Assembly: GCA_018985225.1 (NCBI GenBank)
Contig: JADGIF010000031.1
Coordinates: 167 to 32,166, forward strand
Source of the DNA: Amoeboradix gromovi X-113
Taxonomy: Eukaryota > Fungi > Sanchytriomycota
DNA length: 32,000 nt
Direction: 5' to 3'
Positions 11,181 to 21,581 of this stretch are shown here, in pieces. Numbering within the stretch: position 1 is the first letter of the stretch; each line of letters starts with the position of its first letter. The notes beneath the pieces were generated by a model, which was not told the DNA's origin, ran no database searches, and saw nothing but the letters and a program-made list of their open reading frames with translations. The translations under genes were made by a program, and so were the position numbers.

Positions 11181-11483
11181 ACAAAGACATATGATCTTAT
11201 ATACTTGCCATCGTTTAATACTAGTCAAATGATAAGTAGCTTGTCGAGCAAGGTCGCAAGAAGCATGGCTACAGTGTCCCATTACGCATTCAAGGAACGC
11301 TTTAAGCTCAAGTGCAAACAAAGAGGAAAGACGATGGTTGAATGTAATGAATCATTTACTAGTCAGACATTAACAAGGTATGGTACTTTAAAGAAAACTA
11401 ATTTGGAAACCTGAACCTGTACAAATTGTCATTTGAAGATAGATAGAGATCATATGGCAGCAAGGAACATAAACATCAAGTAG
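11181..11483 (+). pseudogene. tnpB: TnpB/Fanzor2-like RNA-guided nuclease, C-terminal fragment (RuvC-II, Zn finger, RuvC-III)
   Basis: TKTYDLIYLPSFNTSQM...SHYAFKERF...VECNESFTSQTLTRYG...ET*TCTNCHLKIDRDHMAARNI, reading through the TGA at 11412-11414. The first CxxC is degraded and RuvC-I is missing. Confidence 0.85.
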
Positions 11484-11597
11484 ATGCATCCTTATTCAAT
11501 CCCGCCTCAGGGTAGTGAAAGCGTGGGCAATCACTGTAACGGAGATCTAGCATTGCTAGTTTCTCTTTGGAAATTCTCGATTTTCTCGGAAATCAGG
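11484..11597 (+). ncRNA. Candidate omegaRNA scaffold / IS607-like right end
   Basis: Lies directly 3' of the TnpB stop. Hairpin CTAGC-ATT-GCTAG with GAGA/TCTC extension, crossing pairings CCCGC/GCGTGGG and AGTGA/TCACT, repeated TTCTC, and a terminal GG. Confidence 0.4.
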
Positions 11598-12130
11598 TCT
11601 TTTAACGAGGAGTATCAACAGACATGAAAAATATTTATTACGCTTTTTGAGTCTTTTGCTGAAGATAACATTTCGTCCCAAATTATTCTAAGAAATGATT
11701 GTGAATGCTGCCTCTAGTCCCTTTTGCGCCTGTCAATGATCCCGGCTAAATGGCTGCGATGTGATGTGTTAGTAAAGCCAAACAGGTGTAATCTTGTTAG
11801 AAGTTTTGCCATATCTTTGATTTTGCAAGAAATTAATTGCAGATTTCTACATGATTATAATCAAGATAACAATTTAAAATGCTAAGTAATGGCTAGATTT
11901 CATGCTCAACATATTCCAGAATATCTTATGCCACTTTTCTTGTTAGCCAATCAGGTCGCAAGACCATCTATGAGAGAATAGCGCGCCGCATCACCAATGT
12001 TACTATCGAAGACACCAGCACACTCTATGGATGCGATATCTCGAGCAATCCACTGATAGCTCACAATGATGATGCAGATCTAGCAACATGCACTAAAAAC
12101 AATCTTTACATCAATGAATGCGTAGATGTC

Positions 12131-13348
12131 ATGAACCTTGCAGCGGGACTGAATCTTGATGTTGTGCAACCAGCTCCTATGATATCTATCGAAACCAACT
12201 GCTGTTCAAGCGCAGGAGTGACTTGTGCTGCTGGCCAAGTAGAAAAGATAGAATGGCCAAACATGTACTTGAATGGCACAATTGACACCAGCCATATCTC
12301 ATCCAATCTAACTGCCTTGGACTTGAGTCAGAACAGTATTACTGGATCAGTTCCAGAGGGTATGCCAACCTCACTCGTAAACTTGACCCTGCACTCCAAC
12401 AATCTCAGTGGTGTAACCCCCTCAGATCTTCCTTTGAGCCTACAACATCTGGATCTGTCAGACAACATGATCAATGGCTCAATTCCGACTGTACTACCTA
12501 CTGGTCTGCTATCGCTGCTATTGAACAAGAACAAGCTGTCAGGATCGTTGCCAAGTAGCATTCCATCGGGTCTTGTCAGTCTAGATTTCAGCAACAACAA
12601 TCTGTCAGGACCAGTACCAGATCTTAGCAGCATAGAGTACATCTATCTGAACAAAGATGTGCCTCCATACAATCAGTTCACGGGAGGTATCTCAGTATTA
12701 AAGCCAAAGGAGCTGTATGTGCCAAACAATCTGATCACAAACATTCTCATCAACGACACTCAGCAGCTGATAATATGCAACATATCCAACAATCCACTGC
12801 TGGCTCACATTAATGATACATCCCTTTCAAGCTGTATAAAGGATGGACTTTATAACCAGAGCACAGCACCGCCATTAATAGGCACTTTAGACCTAAGCAC
12901 AACGAGTGACTACAAAGAAAGCTTGCAAAGTGTTTCTACATCGATACTGACAACCAGTTTGCGCAAATTGAAAACAAGCACGACAGCAGCCTCTATAGAT
13001 ACAGTCTCGATGGTCGATGAATCTCTCGAGTCTATCTTCAGATCGAGGTCCTTGAGAACGAGGCCAAGACAGCAGAGTGCAACAGTCACTACGCAGTATT
13101 ACACGATCGGTTCTGATATTACTTCTAGCAACACGCTACAGTCTGTTGTCCTCAACTACAACACGGGAAAGCTCAACATGACCATTCTTTGGAGCTATTT
13201 TATCATTGGCAGATGTGTGCTTAGTGTGATGGTGGCCATAGCAGTGCTATACTACACACCATTTAGACGAACCATAAAGGGATGGAGGCTGATCCAGGCT
13301 AAAAGCAGTAAAAATACAAATAAAAGCCAAGGCAAAGCCTTTGGGTAA
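12131..13348 (+). CDS. LRR receptor-like membrane protein (Cys cap, plant-type LRRs, Ser/Thr stalk, TM); probably 5'-truncated
   Basis: LxxLDLSxNxLxGxIP repeats, NCCSSAGVTC cap, S/T-rich linker, hydrophobic segment CVLSVMVAIAVLYY, basic tail. Confidence 0.88.
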   Translation: MNLAAGLNLDVVQPAPMISIETNCCSSAGVTCAAGQVEKIEWPNMYLNGTIDTSHISSNLTALDLSQNSITGSVPEGMPTSLVNLTLHSNNLSGVTPSDLPLSLQHLDLSDNMINGSIPTVLPTGLLSLLLNKNKLSGSLPSSIPSGLVSLDFSNNNLSGPVPDLSSIEYIYLNKDVPPYNQFTGGISVLKPKELYVPNNLITNILINDTQQLIICNISNNPLLAHINDTSLSSCIKDGLYNQSTAPPLIGTLDLSTTSDYKESLQSVSTSILTTSLRKLKTSTTAASIDTVSMVDESLESIFRSRSLRTRPRQQSATVTTQYYTIGSDITSSNTLQSVVLNYNTGKLNMTILWSYFIIGRCVLSVMVAIAVLYYTPFRRTIKGWRLIQAKSSKNTNKSQGKAFG

Positions 13349-14448
13349 GTGTTTTATAATAAATTTACTTAGAAACATTTTGATTTTGATTAATTGCGCC
13401 CAATGTTCCCGAAGGGGGCTATATTAGAGGGTGAGCTTGCTATATAGCCAACTTTGGGGTTTAACCATATTGGCAAAATGTAGCAAAACAAATGTTAGCT
13501 AATGGTAATATTTACTGTTGAACGTCGAAAAGGTAAAAAAGCTATGGAATTAAACCAATTTTAAAATCAAAGTTCTTTAGCTAAATAATACTCATTTCGT
13601 CTTGAGCAATAGAGAAGTCCATGAGTATGACACTTCAAATGATACTTTTGTTCTCTTGTAGGCAAAAACTATCCTCGTTTAGTGAACTGAAATATCCTTG
13701 GCCAGGTACCAGAACCCCAAAACCCCTAGATGTTTCATCTATATTCGCAATGCCATAATTGTGACAAATATTCCACCTTTTACAAGTAAAATTACCAATA
13801 TAATAACATAATTGTCGCTATTCTTGATATTCGATTGATCATTTTTAGTATTTGGCAGAAATGCAGAGCTGGTAGACGAATGATTTGCTGAATACGATTG
13901 ATGCAATTGATTTACTTCGAGTACTTTTAGTATGCTTTGCATTTATCAATAAAGCGGTTGAAATATTTGTAACACCCATATCACTTGTACCAAACGCTAA
14001 CGATGCATTTTTAAATTCTAACAAATTACTGGTTTTATCACAAACTACCTCGTTGAAATGGTGTTTGAACAAGATTGGAGGAAAAATGACGAGTAATTAA
14101 ATTTGATGGAACAATTTTAAATATTGAAAGAGTAGATTCTTTAGAATCAGAACTAGGATTTGAAGTAGATACTAAAGACGTGGATGTATCCGAAGCTGTG
14201 GCTTGATAAGTTAATAAATCCGGCTTAGTTGTAGAATAAATTGATTTTATTTATTTAATATAAGCTGCTAATCTGTACTCGTCATTGTTTTTCAGTTTTG
14301 CTTGTCTAAAATCCTGTACCTTATTTCTCTAGACGTAAATATGGGATAATCACAAGATAATGGTCAATGATTAGATTATAAATACTTGGTCATGTCAATT
14401 TGGCTGATTAGTCATGTTCCTACTGATTTCATCAAGATCTAAAATCTT

Positions 14449-14538
14449 ATTCATTGGTTTCTGTGCGCATTGAATGAATATCTTGGATAGAAGCAAGAAT
14501 CCAAGATATTCATTCAATGCGCACAGAAACCAATGAAT
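14449..14538. repeat. Perfect 40-bp inverted repeat with a 10-nt spacer
   Basis: 14449-14488 is the exact reverse complement of 14499-14538; spacer AGAAGCAAGA. Confidence 0.95.
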
Positions 14539-14703
14539 GTATGCTGTCGTTACATGTGGTCATGCATTTTCAAATATCTAAAGTCAACATGCATCATTCA
14601 AGCAACTCAATGACCTGATGCGAAATTTTTTAACCCATTCTTGAAACCGAGGATGAGTATTCAATGAACCAAATCAGATAAACTGAACAAATTGATATAT
14701 AAA

Positions 14704-14874
14704 ATTCAGTTGAATGTTCTTGCACAAAAGTTATCTGCATATAAGAGATGGGTTAGTAACTGTTCTTAGACACTAGCACTAGCATGCAATGAGTACTAAA
14801 TTGCACAATGACAGTATTCGAATGCATACAGCACCTCATACTCGCACCAGATACCGAACCCCAAAACCCCAAAA
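14704..14874. repeat. rDNA-spacer-associated repeat, copy B (left-truncated)
   Basis: ATTCAGTTG...TCTGCATATAAGAGATGGGTTAGTAACTGTTCT...CCGAACCCCAAAACCCCAAAA. Confidence 0.9.
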
Positions 14875-14979
14875 TGTGACAGTAAAGCACTGCGCTTTGC
14901 CAAAGTAGTTTATGCAAACTTCAATTAAATTTGAATTTGTCATTTTGTTTCGCGGAAACTTAAAAAGATTTAAGAAAAT

Positions 14980-15594
14980 TTAGTCGGTTGCAAAGATATC
15001 GTACTCGTATAGACCAGCTTTGTATTTTTCAGCAACTTTATTTGCAACTTCAAGATATTCTAAATATCTATCACGTTTGTCTTTTTTGGCAACAGAATCT
15101 GTTCCAAAAACTGTATCGGCTTCACTCTTTAATTCCTCCATATTAAAGACTTGTTTAAAAGAGTCGCTATGAATAAAAACGTTTAAATCTTTTGACAGAT
15201 ACTTGTATTCCGTTCCAAAGTCTCTTTTAATGCCAAGTTCTGCACATACTTGAGTCCATGCCCTTTGGATTTCTGGTTTCTTGGATTTCAAAACTTGATG
15301 TAGATTGTTAAAAGAATACGTTCTCCAAAACTCTGCTTCAGTAATATTTAATTTAGGAACCAAGGCACGTAATAGTTTTTCATTGCACGCGTATATAATT
15401 TGTCTGGCTCTAAACTTTGCTTCAACCTCGTTATGTTTGAGTTGTTGGTGTTCCAAATCCATTTTCAAATTGGAATGACTATGCTTCAGCATGGGTTTGG
15501 TATCTGCAAGATTTTCTGGCGACATGTTGTTTGTAATGGACTCCATTTCTTTAAAATGATTCTCGATTGGTGAATCTAAAATTTCAGAAGACAT
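14980..15594 (-). CDS. Hypothetical protein
   Basis: 204-aa ATG ORF, helical/coiled-coil composition. Confidence 0.65.
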   Translation of the reverse strand: MSSEILDSPIENHFKEMESITNNMSPENLADTKPMLKHSHSNLKMDLEHQQLKHNEVEAKFRARQIIYACNEKLLRALVPKLNITEAEFWRTYSFNNLHQVLKSKKPEIQRAWTQVCAELGIKRDFGTEYKYLSKDLNVFIHSDSFKQVFNMEELKSEADTVFGTDSVAKKDKRDRYLEYLEVANKVAEKYKAGLYEYDIFATD

Positions 15595-15670
15595 GTAACA
15601 AATGGGGTACGTGCAATCTTTTTCAAATACATTGCACCAATCAATAAAAATTAATTTTTAGAACATCACA

Positions 15671-15793
15671 ATGACTGGTGCTTACGTATTAAAATTAGAG
15701 CAAGATAAATACTACGTTGGCAAGACAAACAACTTGAAAGGGACCCTTTGTCAGATTGGGTCCCATATGATAATCTGGTCAATGTTGATTTAA
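15671..15793 (+). pseudogene. GIY-YIG endonuclease N-terminal fragment
   Basis: Manual translation MTGAYVLKLEQDKYYVGKTNNL matches the GIY-x10-YIG/T signature; similarity is lost after about 22 codons. Confidence 0.6.
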
Positions 15794-15995
15794 ACAACAC
15801 TGGCTGCTCTATTGAACTTTCAATTCAAAAAGAGATTATTTTGTTCTCCTCGGAACTACCTTTAAACTCACAGGGCAACTTATCATATGGAAATACCGTG
15901 TTTGAGAAATTTTTAGAAGAGAAATCCAATTTCCCAAATAAATTTATTCGAATATTTGGCTTCTGAATAAAACAGATGAAAAAGGAGTCGCTATA

Positions 15996-17084
15996 TTGAA
16001 TGAGCTAGCGTCTAAGCACTGTTTATCTAAAATCGAAATGTTCACTAGTACAGAAAAAGACAAACATTTGACTGCCAACATTAATCCACGATTAAACTTT
16101 CGTCACCATCCAGACACTGTTCCTGCTACAACTTTATTTTATGTAGTCTGCATGCTTGGATCCGTTGCTACTGCTGCATTGCATTATTGCGCTATCAATA
16201 GGGATGCAACCTTTCAGTAGTTGGAGAGACCACCAATTTCAGAACTAGTTGTACCCTTCTTTCTTCCAGACTTTAAGTTTCGAATGCTTGATGTGCAAGA
16301 CAAGGATATTATAAAAGTGTTTCTGAACCACTATGAAATGTATGAATCTGAAGATTTAGTAGTCAATGAAAGTGAACTATACCACAAACAGACAGTGCCA
16401 GAAAACTTGACAGAATTATACGACCGCGTTATGCAATGTGAAAGGAAAAGCCTTGTTGAATGCTATAGGAGTTTAACTAATGGTGAGAAGAGTGATATGT
16501 TTTTAACGAATACATTTTCTTGCTTTTCTAAATTTGGTCTCTATGGGAAGGAGTATATAGAGGTGGACACGCATATAGAATTTACTCCAGATCCCAAAGC
16601 AATGATTCCGATTATTAACCTTTTAGATAGAAATTGTACACCGAAAAGATATCTTGTTTGTACTACAGTGAAGAAATCGAATATTAGTGATATTTCAGAT
16701 AATTTATATTGCGGATCCTATCGCATGGTTTCGAAGACCTACATGGCAATAAATATTCCACTTTTGAAAATATTGTTGAACGAATGCAGCGATACAGATT
16801 TAAGAGATCAAATTGGATATGAAATTATGGTTGCAACGGGCCGCACAACTTGGTATTGGGAGCGTGTCGGGCAGTGGTGTGATATTATTGAACTACTATT
16901 TAGTCCAGAAGAGTTTATGAACAGATTCATAAAATTCTTCAAGAAAAAAGTGACGGCAGGTCAACTAGCTGAGATCTTCTCAGATAAGCCTTATAAGATT
17001 ATGAATAGCTTTCAAAGAAATGAAATCAGGGTAGCGACGATGACTTGTTTAGATTTGCTGAAATCTAATTTGATTGTACAATAA
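15996..17084 (+). pseudogene. Unknown protein interrupted by an in-frame TAG at 16218-16220 (or a shorter gene from an internal ATG)
   Basis: ORFs 15996-16220 and 16221-17084 abut in the same frame; the final TAA is followed by AATAAA. Confidence 0.5.
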
Positions 17085-17363
17085 CTGAATAAACCTATTA
17101 CTATATAACTGCCAATATTCTATTTAGTGTTTGATACACCATCGACACTATTAGCTAACGCATGAGCCCCATATCCTAACATCGCGATAACACGTTTCCT
17201 GGAAACGAATGATAATGCTGAACCCTAAAACCTCTAAGAATCTTTTTCTGCACCAAGATCCATAGCAGACAGTTTTTTTGTGCATTCCTTGACCCAATCA
17301 ATGCTCATGTTTGCTTTGAGTGCCCTCGGAGCGATTAGAAATTGAGCTTGCCATCGCAATGCT

Positions 17364-17897
17364 ATGATACTCATTTATTTTCAAATGATATTTGCATTGC
17401 CAAAATTTGTCATCCCGCGGTACCAATCAAAATCTTCACTCATTACTCAAATTCTAACCACTGGTAAGTTATTTGATAAATACCGTGAGCTTCATTATCC
17501 TGCGGCGCTACAAGGGTTGCCAGAAAGCTTAAATAGATAAAACTTGGAAAACAAGTCAAAGAACGACTTGAAGAAATTGAGTGATAAATACACTTTCCAA
17601 GCCGCGAGGTTGAAGCATGCGATTTCCGCTCATACTTATCAAAATGGCAGTAATATTTGGAAAACCATTATGAGGGAAAATCCCGATTTGAGAAAGATTC
17701 AAAGCTTTTCAATCCACGGATTCAGATTTAATCTCGCCCATAATACGATTGTGCGATCAAATGGGGATTTTGCCTACAATCAAAATGGTGAGTCTTTAAG
17801 AAAGCAAACTATAACGCATAACTTACAAGGTATGAGGAGTGGATTTCCATCGAGATCCGCTGCTATTCAACCTACGCGTGTTGTCGTGCGACCTTAA
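17364..17897 (+). pseudogene. Putative small secreted protein with one in-frame TAA
   Basis: ATG 17364 gives MILIYFQMIFALPKFVIP...SLNR*NLENKSK, in frame with ORF 17544-17897; the N-terminus resembles a signal peptide. Confidence 0.45.
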
Positions 17898-20220
17898 TAA
17901 ATCAAGAATTTAAAGCCAAAAATGGTATTTGAGAAACTTCATATGCTGGGAGCGTTGCAACAGAGTTTTCTTTCGTAGCAACTGATTCAACGGTATTTTT
18001 GCGTACTTTTTGACAAGTTTTGTCTGAAGCACTTGATACCTTTTCTGTTTCACAATATTAAATTCCCATTTTGAAATCCATTGTCTTAATGATTTTAAAT
18101 TTGATGCAACTATTTTAATCTTAAAATCATTCAGCTACGTTCTTTACTTTTGTCATCCGCCTTACTCAACATTTTCACTTTCGTTAGAATTTGTTATATC
18201 GGAAACTTGTTGGAGGCAACATGTCAGACAACATAATTGAATTCAGAGATTCTTCCAATAATAATAGGTATTGGCATGAGACTACTCTAGGAGAGATGAA
18301 AGCCATTTTTAAAACTTTTCAAGATATGTCTATGAAAATGAATGGCATAGAAACTAAGAAATTGTTCTTGTTGCAGTATTTGCGTGAGAAATACAAACTT
18401 GATCCAAACGACTGCTACCAGAAGCTCTTTTGATAACAAGCAAAAATGACAACAAGATATTACCAAATGCGCGGCTGTGCGATGGCTATTCATTTCAAGT
18501 AGAAATCTCAAAAGAAATGCCTGTCGGGGCAAGCGCGTTGCTATAGTTGTCCAAATATAAATCTGTGGTACGATACCTTTCAAAATATACTCCAGATGAG
18601 CTCATATTATTTGGTGTTACCGTTTTAGCGTATGCTGTTAGAGACCAAGGTAGAGTATTAGCCAGTAGTCTTTACAACGGGTAAAAGCAAAGCATTCAAA
18701 AAACAAGCTAGATTTATTTACTAGCTCTTATGATGACTTCAGATCCAAATGTGTTTTGATAGGAACAATTTTTGCAATTCTAACTTCGACATAGGTATCC
18801 TTGTAGTAATCATTTACAATAGACATCGATTGCAGCTTGAATAAACTGCACCAAAAAAGATCAAATCCGTCGAATTTCGACATAATAGCAGTGTGCAATA
18901 TTGGCAGACCCAGTCTAAGCTGTAATTCGGTTCAGTCTTGGAAATACTGTGCCATCAGCCATAATTTGCATTCTGCATCCGAGAACATATATTTATGTAC
19001 GCTATTATTAACATCATTATGCAAGAGCTCTTTCTCTGTTCTTAAGTTGTAAGATGTTGATCTACTGCAAATGGCTATCCCAGATATCGCGTGAATGTAT
19101 AACAATGAACCAAGTTACGTCTTCCCAAAGCACAACTGATTCAAAGTCAACAAAATCTCTTGCTTTCATCAACCCATTATAGTCGTTTCTTTGTACAACT
19201 CTCACATTGTAGGGAATCTGTAGACGTGTTATCTCGTGTATTCGCTGATGCCACAAATACTCTTTAAGAATATGTTAGAGTGAAAAGGGTGAATTAAACC
19301 TCGTAACTGAATTTGACCACTGTTTTTAATACACTTTATACATCGCTGCTCTGACCATATGTTGTCTTGAATTGATTTATACTTTAGATATCAAATGAAA
19401 TGGGTAACATTGCACCATAAGATTTAATCATTTCCTTGCAGATATCCGTCCCAACAGTCTGGCTTTCTTTAATTTTCTCTATTGAGCTTTCCTCAATATT
19501 TTTCATTCATCGAATCGTATAAACATAATTGTGAAGAAACGTTCTTAACTTGAGCTTAAAAATCTTTTAATTTAGTTATACAATTTAGAGAACTATCATC
19601 TTCCTCCAGGAAACATTTGCCATGTTCTGACACATTTTTGCAGTTGAACCAGATGTATATTTTAAAAATATTTGCAGATCTCTGAATGACTTTTGAATTA
19701 TTTCTAGTGGAGTTTGCATATCATCTGTTATTAAAGAGTCCATAGTACTGTATTTTTTCGTCTCATCAATCGGGGAGGGGGGTACTGCCTTGACAAACTC
19801 AAATAACTCTGATCTCTTTATTCGGTTTAAATCGAACAAGAAAATCTTTGAACATTTTAACGATTTTTATTATAACCTGCTTTTTGTAAGACAATCTCAA
19901 AATCTGAAAATAGTTGCCGCCTACAGTATTCTAATTAGCCAAGATAAATAGTGAATGAGTGAAACTACCCCAAAACTTCAAAGAGTCCAACAGATATTGT
20001 GACAATAGACAAGGTTTTGATACAAGCTTGCCATTTCTTTTACAGATATAATCCCCAAAACGTGGAAGTGATTAAGGAATTATCTTAACCTTCAGCTTCC
20101 ATTGCAAGTAAACAAAGTGGTAATAAATATCAATTCGAGAAGAATACTGCTATGATTCACGCATTGGACGCTTTTAAAGAATATTGATGTGTTGGCTCAG
20201 GACCGGATATCAAGCATAGC

Positions 20221-20666
20221 GTGAAACTTATGCTGACTCATTCTCTCAGAAGATCGAAAATTTCAAACTTGACTTGTTCTTCAAACTTATACTTAGGTTC
20301 CCATTTAAAGCATGAAAAATTGAAAAATAATTTTGCTGACCTCGCAATTGGAATTGCAACAAGCCCCATCGTTAAAAATGACAAGGTTGTGGTCGATTTT
20401 GAGAATCTCCCTTGTTTAGTAGTTCAAGTCAAAAAGGACTAGTATTTAAAACTGAACACTTTGAGCAGCTCAAAATCTATATAAAGATAACAAATTCTAA
20501 ATTTGGAGTACTGACTAATTTTTCGGAATGGCGACTTTACAAAACCAAAGAGGGACAACTTAGTGATAAGCCAGAAAAAGTCTTGTTTATTGGCCAGCAA
20601 TTAGGAAAAGATGTATCGGAAGTTTCCTCTCTTGTCCAGGAATACATCAAAAAAATAATGGCTTGA
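20221..20666 (+). pseudogene. PD-(D/E)xK restriction-endonuclease-like (HsdR N-terminal-like) domain, frameshifted
   Basis: FADLAI...LVVQVKK / ...EQLKIYIKITNSKFGVLTNFSEWRLY. Adding one A to the A5 run near 20431-20435 joins the two frames. Confidence 0.6.
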
Positions 20667-20954
20667 TGCGTATGGTTAATAAATAAACAATAAATAACAA
20701 ATTAATTAATAACTGTACACTTTATTCAATAAATCATTATTTATATCAAATGGCATCTGGTGCTAATTTTCTACTATCTTTCACTTTATGAAATATCTCT
20801 TCTGCTCTATTAATATCAAACACGATCTTTTAAACATAAAACACAGAATGATATTTTCATCCCAGTTGCCCTAATATACTGCAATGCCATACCTCATAAG
20901 TGCTCTGAATCCAAACACAATTCCACACTTTTGCTGCATTTGACAGAGTTGATT

Positions 20955-21581
20955 TTACTCTTGACGATTTTCCCGAAGCGCTTTTGTTCTTTCTTTTTTA
21001 TTCCTCGCTGCCCTTCGTCCATACTTGGTTGCAACAAAGACATTACAGATGGTAAGTAAGTCGTCAGCGAATTCTCTATCGGGGTTATTTTCGATCGCAT
21101 TGAGAACCACGATTTCCATTCCATGATATCTACAGACGTCTTCAAATAATTCATATCCGAAGCGACAGAGTCTGTCTTTGTCCGCAATGGTGATTTTTTC
21201 CACTGCGTTCTCCTGTACAAGCTCGAGGAGTCTAGAGAATCCATGTCCCTTGAAATTGACTCCAGATCCAACGTCTTTGATAATTTCCGTACCTGGACAT
21301 TGTTCTTGCATGTAAAGTACCTAACGTTCAAGATCTTCCTTCTGATCTTGGGAGCTAACTCTACAATACACATATGATATCTTTTCCTCTTCAACGTGCC
21401 CAAACAAGTGTCTGATGTCCTTGCTTGAGTACAGTCGATTGCCTCCTGGCGTCTTGATGTACTCGACTTTTCCAGTTTCTGTCCATTTTCGCGACTGCGT
21501 ATCGGATACATCAAATTCTTTCTTGACTGTAGCAACTCTGATAAACTTGGAGTTCTTTTCATTTCGCATGGTAATGTGCAT
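20955..21581 (-). mobile_element. tnpA: IS607-family serine recombinase (TnpA), MerR-like HTH plus catalytic domain, with one premature TAG
   Basis: RKWTETGKVEYIKTPGGNRLY (HTH), YCRVSSQDQKEDLER*V, DVGSGVNF, DKDRLCRFGYE, EFADDLLTICNVFVATKYGRR. The two ORFs are in frame across the TAG at 21321-21323. Confidence 0.92.

Noticed and set aside
18191-19839. Short ORF fragments, some vaguely ankyrin-like
   Set aside because: Too broken to assign a family by eye.
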